Shown: one piece after another, positions 48,358-58,964 of the stretch
Position numbering within the stretch: the stretch's first letter is position 1
Layout: each line of letters begins with the position of its first letter
Sequence record: DRR378314_405
Strand: one strand, 5' to 3'
DNA: 64,000 nucleotides
Program-made: the position numbers and the translations under genes
The notes under the pieces: model-generated
Told to the model about the DNA's origin: nothing
What the model saw: the letters and a program-made list of their open reading frames with translations, nothing else
The model's database searches: none

Positions 48358-48487
48358 TTCTCTCCCCTGTTTTTTTTATTTTTAATCACGTTAAACTGAA
48401 GTTCTTCACGCAGCAAGAGAGAGACTTTTTATTCCCGCCCAGTTTGCTTTATAATGAGACGATGAACTCCAGAAGAAAGTCCCGACC

Positions 48488-49174
48488 ATGCCTTATCGTT
48501 TTGCCCCTGTCGCTCAGCCCGCCGTTCCTGTGATCGGAGGTGATGATCTATTTCCCGTTCATCGTATTTATTGCGTGGGCAGAAATTACGCGGAACATGC
48601 CCTGGAAATGGGTGGAAATCCGGATCGGGAACCGCCTTTTTTCTTTTCTAAACCGGCGGATACACTCGTGCCGTCGGGTAGTGAAATTTCATATCCACAA
48701 GCCACGGAAAATTTCCATTTCGAAATGGAGCTGGTCATCGCCATCGGCAGCGAGGGGAGAGATCTTGATCTGTCGCAAGCAGAAGCGGCAATTTTCGGTT
48801 ACGCAGCAGGGATCGACCTGACCCGGCGCGATCTACAGTCGGCAGCCAAGAAAGCAGGGCGCCCGTGGGACACCGCCAAGGGTTTTGACAACTCGGCCCC
48901 GTGCGCAGCGATTACCCCGAAAGATCAGATTTCAGATATAGAAAAGAGCCGGATCTGGCTTTCTGTCAACGACGAGGTCAAACAGGATGCCCGAATTTCA
49001 GATATGATCTGGAATCCCTTTGAAATTGTCGCTCACCTTTCCCATTTCTATACCATCAAGGCCGGGGACCTGATTTACACAGGAACACCCGCGGGTGTCG
49101 GTCCCTTGGTGTCCGGCGATGCGGTTGACGGCCAAATCGAGGGCCTGCCCCCGATTACCCTCAAAGTTCTATGA
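48488..49174 (+). CDS. Fumarylacetoacetate hydrolase family protein
   Basis: 'CVGRNYAEH', 'FFFSKP', 'EMEL', 'DLTRRDLQ', 'TGTPAGVG'. Confidence 0.92.
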   Translation: MPYRFAPVAQPAVPVIGGDDLFPVHRIYCVGRNYAEHALEMGGNPDREPPFFFSKPADTLVPSGSEISYPQATENFHFEMELVIAIGSEGRDLDLSQAEAAIFGYAAGIDLTRRDLQSAAKKAGRPWDTAKGFDNSAPCAAITPKDQISDIEKSRIWLSVNDEVKQDARISDMIWNPFEIVAHLSHFYTIKAGDLIYTGTPAGVGPLVSGDAVDGQIEGLPPITLKVL

Positions 49175-49186
49175 AAGGAGAATAGG

Positions 49187-49534
49187 ATGAAACGCTTAAT
49201 TATTGGACTGCTGGCCTGCCTGCCGTTCTTTTCAAGCGCTGCAATGGCAGAGAGTATCTATTCAAACCTAACGGCATACACGGCCAAAGATTGTGCCCCG
49301 GTTGTTGAAGACTATCTGGAAAAGAACAGGATCGACACCACAAAGATCACCGGGATCGAGTATATCACCAATGAATTGAACGGCGGTGAGCATGGGGAGG
49401 AAAAAGAATATGAGGCTTGGGCTAGCTTTTCCAACTGCACAGGAAATCTTGTAATCCGCATGGACAAAGCCTGTTTTATCCAAGCGGATTACGCGACTTA
49501 TGAATGCGATAGCAAAGGGATTTCCAAACGCTAA
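49187..49534 (+). CDS. Small secreted hypothetical protein (4 Cys in the mature region)
   Basis: AGGAG RBS; signal peptide ending AMA. Confidence 0.7.
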   Translation: MKRLIIGLLACLPFFSSAAMAESIYSNLTAYTAKDCAPVVEDYLEKNRIDTTKITGIEYITNELNGGEHGEEKEYEAWASFSNCTGNLVIRMDKACFIQADYATYECDSKGISKR

Positions 49535-50157
49535 AGCCGAGGCTCAAGCCCGCCGGTTTTAACGATAAAATCGGCCACACCGGCAACCCCATCACCGGCC
49601 TTGATATTGGTAAAAACGAAAGGCCGCTCCCCCCGCATTTTCCGGGAGTCCCGATCCATGACCCCCAAGTCCGCACCAACCAGCGGGGCCAGATCAATTT
49701 TGTTGATGACCAGCAAATCAGATCGGGTAATGCCGGGCCCTCCTTTGCGCGGAATTTTATCCCCGGCGGACACGTCGATCACATAGATGGTAATATCGGC
49801 AAGTTCCGGCGAGAAAGTGGCCGCCAGATTGTCTCCGCCACTTTCAATCAGGATCAATTCAAGACCGTTGAAACTTTCGTTCAGATCGGCAACGGCCGCC
49901 AGATTTATGGACGCATCCTCTCGGATAGCTGTATGCGGGCAGCCCCCTGTTTCCACGCCGAGGATCCGTTCGGGGGGCAAGGCACCAGAGCGGGTCAGAA
50001 ATTCCGCATCTTCGCGCGTATAGATATCGTTCGTAATCACGGCAATATTGTACTGATCGCGGAGATATTTACATAAAGCATCGGTTAAGGCCGTCTTGCC
50101 GGAACCAACCGGTCCGCCGATACCAACCCGCAAAGGACCGTGAGCTGCTGCTGTCAT
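49531..50157 (-). CDS. ureG: Urease accessory GTPase UreG
   Basis: [26 protein letters not shown]. Confidence 0.97.
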   Translation of the reverse strand: MTAAAHGPLRVGIGGPVGSGKTALTDALCKYLRDQYNIAVITNDIYTREDAEFLTRSGALPPERILGVETGGCPHTAIREDASINLAAVADLNESFNGLELILIESGGDNLAATFSPELADITIYVIDVSAGDKIPRKGGPGITRSDLLVINKIDLAPLVGADLGVMDRDSRKMRGERPFVFTNIKAGDGVAGVADFIVKTGGLEPRL

Positions 50158-50834
50158 GATCTGAATAACCTCGTATACTGTGTTTCATGGTTTGCCGAGC
50201 ACCAGTCCACCATTAAGGTAGCAGTGCCCAAATCATCAAGTGTTGCAAAAAGAGCGGATTGGACTTCGGCGGCACAACAGTCAGAAAGGGCGGCAATCGC
50301 TTTTTGCCCATCTGTCTGGCCCAAGGGGACAATCCGAACCGCTGCTGACACCAGGTTGGAAATAAACCCGTGCAAATAGGCTGTTAACGCCGCCTCCAGC
50401 GGAATATCTTTTCCGGCTGCTGCTGCGCCCACCGCAACTGGATAGGCAATAGGTCCTGACCAGACACCGCGAAGCTGCTGCAACGCAAAAGCTGGAAAAG
50501 CCGCATCTGTAATTGTTAAAAATGCCCGCCCCTGCGCCGTTGTCTCCAATTCCAACTCCTTGGTTGGTCGATTGGCAAACGCAAGCTCTGCGACCTCAGC
50601 CAGCTTTTCCAGATCCCCACCGGCAATGGCCCGATAGGTTTCTGCAAACAGTATGGCATCTGACCGCCCGGATCCGTAGGTCACGATATCAGAGATCCAC
50701 TCGACCAGTGTCTCCAGATCCTGCACGAAACCAGCCTCAACCGCATATTCAATGCCATGACTATAAGTGTAGGCACCCACGGGATAAGAGGGCGACATCC
50801 ATGACATTAATTCATACAGACCTGCCAGTTTCAT
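50154..50834 (-). CDS. ureF: Urease accessory protein UreF
   Basis: '[16 protein letters not shown]', '[11 protein letters not shown]'. Confidence 0.96.
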   Translation of the reverse strand: MKLAGLYELMSWMSPSYPVGAYTYSHGIEYAVEAGFVQDLETLVEWISDIVTYGSGRSDAILFAETYRAIAGGDLEKLAEVAELAFANRPTKELELETTAQGRAFLTITDAAFPAFALQQLRGVWSGPIAYPVAVGAAAAGKDIPLEAALTAYLHGFISNLVSAAVRIVPLGQTDGQKAIAALSDCCAAEVQSALFATLDDLGTATLMVDWCSANHETQYTRLFRS

Positions 50835-51403
50835 ACCGCTAGACCCGTCTTAGACGTTTCAGTCCCCAACGCGTCAGGATCATCAGACTGGGAATGATCG
50901 TGGCCGTGGCTATGATCATGGGAATGAGAAGGGGAGCGGCTGTGGGAATGATCATGACCTTCCGTTTCGCCGTGCCCATAGGCGCCGCCTTCGGGGTTAA
51001 ACGGCGCGTCAACCCGAACAGGGATAGCCCCAAGGATGACCAGCATTTCTTCGATCACATGGTCCTGACGAATGCGGATCTTATCGCCCATCAACTGTGT
51101 TGGCAGATGCCGGTTTCCCAGATGCCAGGCAACCCGGACCAGCTCCGCCGTACTGTTGCAGGTTACATCAACCACAGGCTCCGGCGCGGCTTTAACTTCA
51201 ACCCCTTCATCTGAAGAGAGCTGCAGAATGTCGCCGTCCCGTAATGTTGCAACGTCTGCAAGATTGAGCAAAAACGGCTCTCCCTGATCCGTCTGAAGCC
51301 GAATGCGGCGGCGGCGGCGACTATCGAAATCAAGCGTGACCGTCCCGATCAACTGCCCTGCAAACTGGTCAGGGTTTTTAAGAAGCTGAAGCGCTGTTTT
51401 CAT
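50831..51403 (-). CDS. ureE: Urease nickel chaperone UreE
   Basis: 'AWHLGNRHLP', 'PEGGAY', His-rich tail. Confidence 0.96.
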   Translation of the reverse strand: MKTALQLLKNPDQFAGQLIGTVTLDFDSRRRRRIRLQTDQGEPFLLNLADVATLRDGDILQLSSDEGVEVKAAPEPVVDVTCNSTAELVRVAWHLGNRHLPTQLMGDKIRIRQDHVIEEMLVILGAIPVRVDAPFNPEGGAYGHGETEGHDHSHSRSPSHSHDHSHGHDHSQSDDPDALGTETSKTGLAV

Positions 51404-51406
51404 ATC

Positions 51407-53119
51407 TCAATACATAAAATAGAGTTGCGACATGGGAAGGGTTGAGGCCGGCTCGCAACTCAGAATTTCCCCATCCGCCTTCACAATATACGTCTCCGGA
51501 TCCACTTCAAGATGCGGGGTCGCGTCATTCAGCAGCATGGCGGCCTTACCAATGCCGCCCCGGGTATTTTTAACCGGCAACAAATCCCGCTGCAGCCCAA
51601 GGGCGTCTTTCAGCCCCGCTTCGACAGCATACTGGCTGACAAAACTGACCGAACTGGCCGTCAGACTTTTTCCGTAAGATCCAAACATCGGCCGATAATG
51701 CACCGGTTGCGGTGTCGGAATGGAAGCGTTTGGATCCCCCATCGGCGCCATTGCAATGGTTCCGCTTTTCATGATCAGGTCCGGCTTCACCCCAAAAAAT
51801 GCAGGCGACCAAAGGGTCAGATCAGCCAGCTTTCCAACCTCAATAGAACCAACATAACTATCGATCCCTTGGGCGACTGCAGGGTTGATGGTGTATTTGG
51901 CGATATAGCGCCGAACCCGGAAATTGTCATTATCTCCAGACTCCTCTGCTAATCGGCCCCGTTGTTTCTTCATTTTATCGGCTGTCTGCCATGTGCGGAT
52001 CAAAACCTCTCCAACCCGGCCCATGGCCTGACTATCCGACGAGATGATCGAAAATGCCCCCATATCATGCAGAATGTCTTCTGCTGCAATTGTCTCTTGC
52101 CGAATTCGGCTTTCAGCAAAGGCAACATCCTCTGGAATGTTCGGGTCCAGGTGATGGCACACCATCAACATGTCCAAATGCTCTTCAATCGTGTTGACAG
52201 TGAACGGGCGCGTTGGATTAGTTGAAGATGGGATGACGTTGGGCTCACCAGCCAGACGGATAATATCAGGCGCATGCCCACCGCCTGCCCCTTCGGTGTG
52301 GAAGGCATGAATGGTTCTGCCTTTGAAGGCCGCGATTGTGTCTTCGACAAACCCGCTTTCATTCAGGGTATCGGTGTGGATCAACACCTGCACATCCAAT
52401 TCATCTGCAACGGATAAACAATTGTCTATGGCTGCCGGTGTTGTGCCCCAGTCTTCATGAAGTTTGAGACCGCAGGCCCCTGCCTGCACCTGTTCAATCA
52501 GGCCGTCAGGCAAACTAGAATTCCCTTTGCCAAAAAATCCGAGGTTCATGGGAAAGGCTTCAGCGGCCTGCAGCATGCGGCTGATATGAAAAGCACCCGG
52601 CGTACAGGTCGTCGCATTTGTGCCGGTTGCAGGTCCGGTTCCGCCGCCCATCATGGTGGTCACGCCACTGGCCAGCGCCTCTTCTATCTGCTGCGGACAA
52701 ATGAAATGGATATGGGCATCAATCCCGCCCGCTGTCAGGATTTTCCCCTCCCCGGCAATCACCTCGGTAGAGGGTCCGATGATGATGGTCACGCCAGACT
52801 GAATATCTGGATTACCGGCTTTTCCAACGGCGGCAATCTTACCATCCCGGATCCCGACATCCGCCTTCACAATTCCCCAATGATCGATAATGGTTGCGTT
52901 GGTGATCACTGTATCGACAGCACCGGCTGCGCGGGTCACCTGGGATTGGCCCATGCCATCGCGAATTACCTTGCCGCCGCCAAACTTGACCTCTTCACCG
53001 TGAGTGGTGAAATCCTTCTCCACTTCGATAATCAGATCCGTATCTGCAAGCCGGACTTTATCTCCGACAGTAGGGCCGAACATGTTGGCATAGCCACGCC
53101 GTGAAATCGTTGTTGGCAT
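51407..53119 (-). CDS. ureC: Urease subunit alpha
   Basis: 'DAHIH', 'LKLHEDWG', 'MVCHHL', 'SDSQAMGR'; start ATG 53119 after GGAGG. Confidence 0.98.
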   Translation of the reverse strand: MPTTISRRGYANMFGPTVGDKVRLADTDLIIEVEKDFTTHGEEVKFGGGKVIRDGMGQSQVTRAAGAVDTVITNATIIDHWGIVKADVGIRDGKIAAVGKAGNPDIQSGVTIIIGPSTEVIAGEGKILTAGGIDAHIHFICPQQIEEALASGVTTMMGGGTGPATGTNATTCTPGAFHISRMLQAAEAFPMNLGFFGKGNSSLPDGLIEQVQAGACGLKLHEDWGTTPAAIDNCLSVADELDVQVLIHTDTLNESGFVEDTIAAFKGRTIHAFHTEGAGGGHAPDIIRLAGEPNVIPSSTNPTRPFTVNTIEEHLDMLMVCHHLDPNIPEDVAFAESRIRQETIAAEDILHDMGAFSIISSDSQAMGRVGEVLIRTWQTADKMKKQRGRLAEESGDNDNFRVRRYIAKYTINPAVAQGIDSYVGSIEVGKLADLTLWSPAFFGVKPDLIMKSGTIAMAPMGDPNASIPTPQPVHYRPMFGSYGKSLTASSVSFVSQYAVEAGLKDALGLQRDLLPVKNTRGGIGKAAMLLNDATPHLEVDPETYIVKADGEILSCEPASTLPMSQLYFMY

Positions 53120-53120
53120 T

Positions 53121-53435
53121 TTATTCCTCCCCCAAAGGTCCCATAAAGTCGCCTCTGAACCCGTAAATTGTCCGTTTCCCGCCAATCGCTGTCAGATTAA
53201 CCGCGCGCCTTTGACCCGGCTCAAACCGAATTGCAGTTCCCGCGGCAATATCCAGCCGGAACCCCGTGGCTTGAGCACGATCAAATTCCAGACCTGCATT
53301 GACTTCAGCAAAGTGATAATGACTGCCGACCTGCACCGGCCGATCCCCTGTATTGGCAACTTCCAAAGTCCGCTTTTCCGCCCCGACGTTGAGTTCAATT
53401 TCCCCATCAGCAGGAATGATTTCACCTGGTTTCAT
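53121..53435 (-). CDS. ureB: Urease subunit beta
   Basis: '[13 protein letters not shown]', '[15 protein letters not shown]'. Confidence 0.97.
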   Translation of the reverse strand: MKPGEIIPADGEIELNVGAEKRTLEVANTGDRPVQVGSHYHFAEVNAGLEFDRAQATGFRLDIAAGTAIRFEPGQRRAVNLTAIGGKRTIYGFRGDFMGPLGEE

Positions 53436-53447
53436 CTCTATTTCCCC

Positions 53448-53750
53448 TTAGCGAACCGGATTATGGACGGTGACAAGTTTGGTTCCATCCGGAAACGTGG
53501 CCTCCACCTGCACATCATGCAGCATGTCCGCGACACCTTCCATCACCTGGGATTTGGAAATGACCTTGCCACCTTCGCTCATCAGATCGGCGACAGACTT
53601 TCCATCCCGTGCCCCCTCAATCACGTAATCGGTAATCAGGGCAATGGTTTCCGGATAGTTCAGTTTAACGCCGCGCTCCAACCGCCCGCGGGCAACCATG
53701 GCCGCCAGGGAAACCAGCAACTTGTCTTTTTCTCTTGGTGAAAACTGCAT
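53448..53750 (-). CDS. ureA: Urease subunit gamma
   Basis: 'PREKDKLL', '[14 protein letters not shown]'. Confidence 0.97.
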   Translation of the reverse strand: MQFSPREKDKLLVSLAAMVARGRLERGVKLNYPETIALITDYVIEGARDGKSVADLMSEGGKVISKSQVMEGVADMLHDVQVEATFPDGTKLVTVHNPVR

Positions 53751-53762
53751 CCTTTATCCCTC

Positions 53763-54632
53763 TCATACTTCCCACACTGCAGGCATCTTCATGTTCAGGC
53801 CTGTCATTTTTTCCCGTAAGTCTGACACAAGTCCGACAATAGATTTTCTCAACCGATACGGATCTGTATCTAATCCGCGAATGATCAGTGGCCCTTTATC
53901 CAACAGGGTCAATCCAAACAGACTTTCCCGTTCTGCCAGTTGCGACCGCAACGGATCGACTGACGCTTCTATCCCATCCGCATACGCAATGATTGTGGTC
54001 ATGGCCCTGGCCCCATTCAGCAATGCAGGACGGCTTAAGACCTCATGCATCAAACCATCAAAGTGAAACCGGTCGAACCAGATCAATTTGCCATCCACAC
54101 GGATTTTCCATCCATCGCTCAGCGCGGCTTCAAGAACCGTTTCCCCATGGGCTTGACGCCCAAAAACTGTGGTTTCCAGCGCCAGAAGCCGGGAAGTTGG
54201 CGACAGATTTACATCATTCACCCGGTTCAGGCGGGCTTGATTAAACAGGATCGTTTCCTGCGGCAGCCATTCCAGATAACTGTTTTCGGCCAAATCCATT
54301 CGGCCTTCAATCAAAACATCCGGACCGACGGATTTATATATTTTTTCTGCCGCCTGACCGGTAACGGTCAGCGACGCCCCCGCTGCCAGGGACACCGCAT
54401 ACGTCATATGATCCCCACCCGTCAGCCCGCCAGCCGTATTGATTAATACGGCCTCTGGCAGGTGGGGGTTATCTATATCCGGAAACCGGACGCGGCCACA
54501 GCCCGATTGAAACAGATGATCAAGCGTGCTGTCCGTCGCCGCCTGCCGAAAAGACATTTCGACACAGCCGACAGAGCGAACCAGCTTTGAGGTGTCCAGC
54601 TCTTCAAACGGTAAGATATTTGCGAACGACAC
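53763..54632 (-). CDS. ureD: Urease accessory protein UreD
   Basis: 'NTAGGLTGGD', 'QAAEKIYKS', 'WLPQETI'. Confidence 0.95.
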   Translation of the reverse strand: MSFANILPFEELDTSKLVRSVGCVEMSFRQAATDSTLDHLFQSGCGRVRFPDIDNPHLPEAVLINTAGGLTGGDHMTYAVSLAAGASLTVTGQAAEKIYKSVGPDVLIEGRMDLAENSYLEWLPQETILFNQARLNRVNDVNLSPTSRLLALETTVFGRQAHGETVLEAALSDGWKIRVDGKLIWFDRFHFDGLMHEVLSRPALLNGARAMTTIIAYADGIEASVDPLRSQLAERESLFGLTLLDKGPLIIRGLDTDPYRLRKSIVGLVSDLREKMTGLNMKMPAVWEV

Positions 54633-55299
54633 TTTCCTGCATATCCTTTTTCAATCCTTCAAGGACGACCTCCCCCCGATCCATAACCGCAAAACGGTCT
54701 GCCAGATCCCGGGCAAATTCAAAATACTGCTCTACAAGTAAAATTGCCATCCCCCCTTTATCGCGGAGCATAGAAATAACACGTGCAATATCCTTGATGA
54801 TTGACGGCTGGATCCCCTCTGTTGGTTCATCCAGAACCAGTAGCCGGGGTTTGGTGACCAACGCGCGACCGATTGCAAGCTGCTGCTGTTGCCCACCGGA
54901 CAAATCACCACCCCGACGGCCAAGCATGTCTTTCAACACAGGAAAAAGATCGAAAATCTCCTCATCGATTTTCCGTTCCGAGCGCGGCAGGCAGGCAAAT
55001 CCGGTTTTCAGATTTTCCTCCACACTCAGCAATGGAAAGATATCTCGTCCCTGAGGGATCACGGCGATCCCGCGCCGTGCCCTGTCTGATGCCCCAAGGG
55101 ACGAGATATCTTCTCCCTCCCAGGTGATCGTCCCCGATGAGATCGGATGTTGCCCCACAACACCGCGAAGCGTGCTGGTCTTCCCAACACCGTTTCGCCC
55201 CATCAATGACGTCACCTCTCCCATGTTCACTTCCAGAGAAACATTTCGAAGCGCCTGGCTGGCGCCATAAAAAAGATCAACATTTTCAACTTTCAACAT
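54604..55299 (-). CDS. urtE: Urea ABC transporter ATPase
   Basis: GRNGVGKT, LSGGQQQQL, DEPTEGIQP. Confidence 0.95.
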   Translation of the reverse strand: MLKVENVDLFYGASQALRNVSLEVNMGEVTSLMGRNGVGKTSTLRGVVGQHPISSGTITWEGEDISSLGASDRARRGIAVIPQGRDIFPLLSVEENLKTGFACLPRSERKIDEEIFDLFPVLKDMLGRRGGDLSGGQQQQLAIGRALVTKPRLLVLDEPTEGIQPSIIKDIARVISMLRDKGGMAILLVEQYFEFARDLADRFAVMDRGEVVLEGLKKDMQESVVRKYLTV

Positions 55300-55301
55300 G
55301 A

Positions 55302-56075
55302 TCAGCGCCCCAAATAAACTTCAATAACTTCTGGATCATTGGCAACCTTGTCCAAAGACCCCTCTGCCAGCACGCTTCCCTCATGCAGAACCGTCACACG
55401 GCATTCCAGGGAGCGTACAAAATCCATGTCATGTTCGACCACGACAACGGAATGGTTGCGGGCAATGACCCTTAACAAATCTGCCGTCTGAACGGTTTCG
55501 GCGTCGGTCATACCGGCAACGGGCTCATCAACCAGCAACAACTCTGGGTCCTGCATAAGCAGCATGCCAATTTCCAGCCACTGTTTCTGACCATGTGATA
55601 AATTGCCAGCCAGCCAGTCTTGCTTCTCGGTCAGGCGGATGGTTTCCAACACGTCTTGAATACGGGCTCGATCCTCTGTGGAGAGAGAGGAAAACAGTGA
55701 TTTTAACGGCGACTTGTCGCATTTGAGCGATAGCTCCAGATTATCAAACACCGTGTGGCTTTCAAACACCGTCGGCTTTTGAAATTTCCGACCGATCCCC
55801 AGATTGGCTATGCGGGCTTCATCCATCCGGGTCAAATCAACGCTGTCGCGAAAAAACACTTCCCCCTCATCGGGTCTTGTTTTACCCGTGATGACATCCA
55901 TCATCGTGGTTTTACCCGCGCCGTTTGGGCCGATAATCGCCTGCATTTCCCCTGGCCGCGCCGTAAAACTCAAACTGTTGAGCGCTTTGAAACCGTCGAA
56001 ACTGACACTCACCCCATCCAGATAAAGGATCGATGTGACAGTGTCGGATCTTCGCTGTGTAAGTTGTGGCTCCAT
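55302..56075 (-). CDS. urtD: Urea ABC transporter ATPase
   Basis: GPNGAGKT, 'GRKFQKP', 'LSHGQKQWLEIGM'. Confidence 0.95.
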   Translation of the reverse strand: MEPQLTQRRSDTVTSILYLDGVSVSFDGFKALNSLSFTARPGEMQAIIGPNGAGKTTMMDVITGKTRPDEGEVFFRDSVDLTRMDEARIANLGIGRKFQKPTVFESHTVFDNLELSLKCDKSPLKSLFSSLSTEDRARIQDVLETIRLTEKQDWLAGNLSHGQKQWLEIGMLLMQDPELLLVDEPVAGMTDAETVQTADLLRVIARNHSVVVVEHDMDFVRSLECRVTVLHEGSVLAEGSLDKVANDPEVIEVYLGR

Positions 56076-57253
56076 CAGGCTTCCCCTTCTTTTACGGTCG
56101 GAGTGCCTGGCGTCGAAGACAGTTTCTTTTTAATCTTGCTGACCAGTTCAGGAACGGTTCCGACAATTCCCTTGGGCAGCGCCAGAGTTGAGAAAACAAA
56201 CAACCCGCCCAGCAGATAAAGCCAGGCTTCTGGGAAAGCACCGGTGAAATAGCTTTTGCCCCAGTTCACAAGAACCGCACCCAGGATCGCCCCCCAAAGA
56301 GTTCCGCGCCCGCCAATGGCAACCCAGATCACAATCTCGATCGAGGTGGCCGGAGAGAATTCAGAAGGATTGATAATCCCCACCTGCGGCACATAAAGCG
56401 CGCCGGCGATGCCCGCCAGCACAGCAGAGATTACAAAAACAGTAAGCTTGTAATATTCCACCCGATATCCAGTGAAACGGGTTCGGCTTTCCGCATCGCG
56501 AATGGCGATCAACACCCGGCCAAATTTAGACTGGGTCACAAAGACACAGACAAAATATCCGATAATCAGCGCCACGACCGACCCGATAAAAAGCCCAATT
56601 CGGGTTCCATTGGATCTTAAGTCAAAGCCCAGCAGGTCTTTAAAATCTGTCAGCCCGTTATTGCCGCCAAATCCCATGTCATTGCGGAAGAACGCCAGCA
56701 ACAGGGCATATGTCATGGCCTGGGTAATGATTGAAAAATACACGCCCGTCACGCGGGAGCGAAAGGCAAACCAGCCAAACACAAACGCAAGAATACCCGG
56801 AACCAGCATGACCATAAGGGCTGCCACAAAAAAGTTATCAAACCCAAGCCAGTACCAGGGGAGTTCCTGCCAGTTCAGGAAAACCATGAAATCCGGCAGT
56901 TCAGGATTTCCATACACCCCCCGGTCACCGATCTGGCGCATCAGGTACATCCCCATGGCATAACCGCCAAGGGCGAAAAAGGCTCCATGTCCCAAACTGA
57001 GAATACCGCAATATCCCCAGATCAGATCCACACTCAGGGCAAGCAACGCATAACACAAATATTTCCCGAGGAGACTGACCATATAGGTTGGGACATGGAA
57101 GAAGCTGTCAGCAGGAATGAACATATTCCCGATGACCACATAGATGGCGGCGACAAAGAGTATCCCCATAAACACTTTGCCACCGCCAGGAAGGCCCGCC
57201 AATAGAGACAAGAACGGACCTTTTTCTGTTGGTGAAGATTGAAGAGTTGTCAT
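56075..57253 (-). CDS. urtC: Urea ABC transporter permease
   Basis: 'GKYLCYA', 'WGYCGILSLGH', 'GVYFSIITQA'; start ATG 57253 after GGAGG. Confidence 0.95.
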   Translation of the reverse strand: MTTLQSSPTEKGPFLSLLAGLPGGGKVFMGILFVAAIYVVIGNMFIPADSFFHVPTYMVSLLGKYLCYALLALSVDLIWGYCGILSLGHGAFFALGGYAMGMYLMRQIGDRGVYGNPELPDFMVFLNWQELPWYWLGFDNFFVAALMVMLVPGILAFVFGWFAFRSRVTGVYFSIITQAMTYALLLAFFRNDMGFGGNNGLTDFKDLLGFDLRSNGTRIGLFIGSVVALIIGYFVCVFVTQSKFGRVLIAIRDAESRTRFTGYRVEYYKLTVFVISAVLAGIAGALYVPQVGIINPSEFSPATSIEIVIWVAIGGRGTLWGAILGAVLVNWGKSYFTGAFPEAWLYLLGGLFVFSTLALPKGIVGTVPELVSKIKKKLSSTPGTPTVKEGEA

Positions 57254-57257
57254 TGGC

Positions 57258-58895
57258 TTAACCCTCCACAGACCGACCTTTAAGGGCGAACAGCCCCCGC
57301 GGTCTTTTTTGAATGAATAGAATAATCGCGACCAGGACGAAAATTTTGGCAAGAACGGCCCCGGAATAGGGCTCCAGGAACTTGTTTGCGATCCCAAGAC
57401 TTCCGGCACCAACCAAGGTTCCCCACAGATTGCCAACACCGCCAAAAACAACAACCATAAAACTGTCGATGATGTAGGCCTGCCCGAGATTTGGACTGAC
57501 ATTGTCAATCTGGCTCAGTGCAACGCCGGCCATCCCGGCAACACCGGAACCAAGCCCAAAGGTCATGGCATCGACCTTGGCGCTTCTGATCCCCATTGAA
57601 TTGGCCATCATGCGGTTCTGTGTGACCGCCCGCATCTGCAGACCAAACAAGGTTTTCCTGAGAACAAGCATGAGGAAAAACAACACGATCAGGGAGAAGA
57701 AAATAATGGCCAGACGGTTGTAGGTGAGCGTCAGTCCGCTGGTAATTTCCCAGGCACCGCTGAGCCAACTGGGTGTACTGACCTCTTTATTGGTTGGACC
57801 AAAAATGGTTCGCACAAATTGCTGCAAAATCAGGCTCACACCCCAGGTCGCCAGCAAGGTTTCCAGGGGCCGTCCATATAAGAACCGAATAACACTCCGC
57901 TCCAGCACAATTCCAAAAAAACCGGAGACGACAAACGCCATCGGGATCGCCACAATCAGGGCATAATCCAGAAAACCGGGAATATAAAGACGGCAGGTTT
58001 CCTGAATGACATAGGTCGTATACGCACCCAGCATCACCATTTCACCGTGAGCCATGTTAATCACGCCCATAACCCCGAAGGTGATCGCCAGACCGATCGC
58101 GGCCAGCAACAGGACCGAGCCCAGAGACAGTCCCTGAAACAGGTTTTCAACCATCCCGTAGGTTTCCAGTTGCCGCTCGACGGAGGCAAGCCCTTCCTCG
58201 ATCGCATTTTTGAGCTCGCCCGCCTCTGGCGTGTCCAGATCCTGCATTTGCAGAAGTGTGCGCGAGAACAAGGCTTTTACGTCAGATCCGCCGGTTTCCA
58301 CCAGAACATCCACAGCCGCAATCCGGGCTTTCAAATCTGAACCTTTGGTTAGCTGAACCGCAGAAGCCGCACTTTGAAAGGCAATGCGAACCGCCTCTTC
58401 AGGTTCTTCTTCGATCAACCCCAGTAGAACCGGCAGCATTTCCGGATCCGCGTTTCGAAAGACCTCATTCGCGGCCTTGATCCGCCGGGCCGGATCCGGA
58501 TGCGCCAGATTCAATCTTCCAAGTCCTGCCTTGATGGCCCCGCGGACTTTGTTGTTGATCCGGATTTTTTTAAACTCGGATTTGGTCGCCTCTGCGATAA
58601 CAGTGCCGGTAACAGGTGCCAGTGCTTTCAGGCTCCCTTCCTGCTCTTTCAGCAGAACAACGGTCTTATCCGATTTTTGATAATAAAGGTCGCCCTCCAT
58701 CAGGGCATTCAAAATAAGTACAGCCCGCTCATTTCCAGTGCTGGCGATTTCCTCAACGATTTTTGCTTTCTTGGTGAAGTTTCCTTTACCCAGCTGTTGC
58801 ACCAGGTCCTCTGCCGGTGCCGCATGGGCCAGGGAGGTGAGGCAAACAGACACCACAAGCAAACAATTTATTATTGTTATTTTCAGTAAATTCAT
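57258..58895 (-). CDS. urtB: Urea ABC transporter permease with N-terminal periplasmic domain
   Basis: 'GLAITFGVMGVINMAHGE', 'RPLETLLATWG'. Confidence 0.95.
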   Translation of the reverse strand: MNLLKITIINCLLVVSVCLTSLAHAAPAEDLVQQLGKGNFTKKAKIVEEIASTGNERAVLILNALMEGDLYYQKSDKTVVLLKEQEGSLKALAPVTGTVIAEATKSEFKKIRINNKVRGAIKAGLGRLNLAHPDPARRIKAANEVFRNADPEMLPVLLGLIEEEPEEAVRIAFQSAASAVQLTKGSDLKARIAAVDVLVETGGSDVKALFSRTLLQMQDLDTPEAGELKNAIEEGLASVERQLETYGMVENLFQGLSLGSVLLLAAIGLAITFGVMGVINMAHGEMVMLGAYTTYVIQETCRLYIPGFLDYALIVAIPMAFVVSGFFGIVLERSVIRFLYGRPLETLLATWGVSLILQQFVRTIFGPTNKEVSTPSWLSGAWEITSGLTLTYNRLAIIFFSLIVLFFLMLVLRKTLFGLQMRAVTQNRMMANSMGIRSAKVDAMTFGLGSGVAGMAGVALSQIDNVSPNLGQAYIIDSFMVVVFGGVGNLWGTLVGAGSLGIANKFLEPYSGAVLAKIFVLVAIILFIQKRPRGLFALKGRSVEG

Positions 58896-58924
58896 GGGGA
58901 TTGTCCAGGTTAGACTAAGAAGCT

Positions 58925-58948
58925 GGAGGCGAGGGAAACCCCGCCTCC
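58925..58948 (-). other. Intercistronic stem-loop after urtA
   Basis: GGAGGCG-AGGGAAACCC-CGCCTCC inverted repeat. Confidence 0.6.
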
Positions 58949-58964
58949 CACTCACACGCTACTT

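Noticed and set aside
50890-50960. Short ATGATC/GGGAATGA repeats
   Set aside because: Encode the His-rich UreE tail
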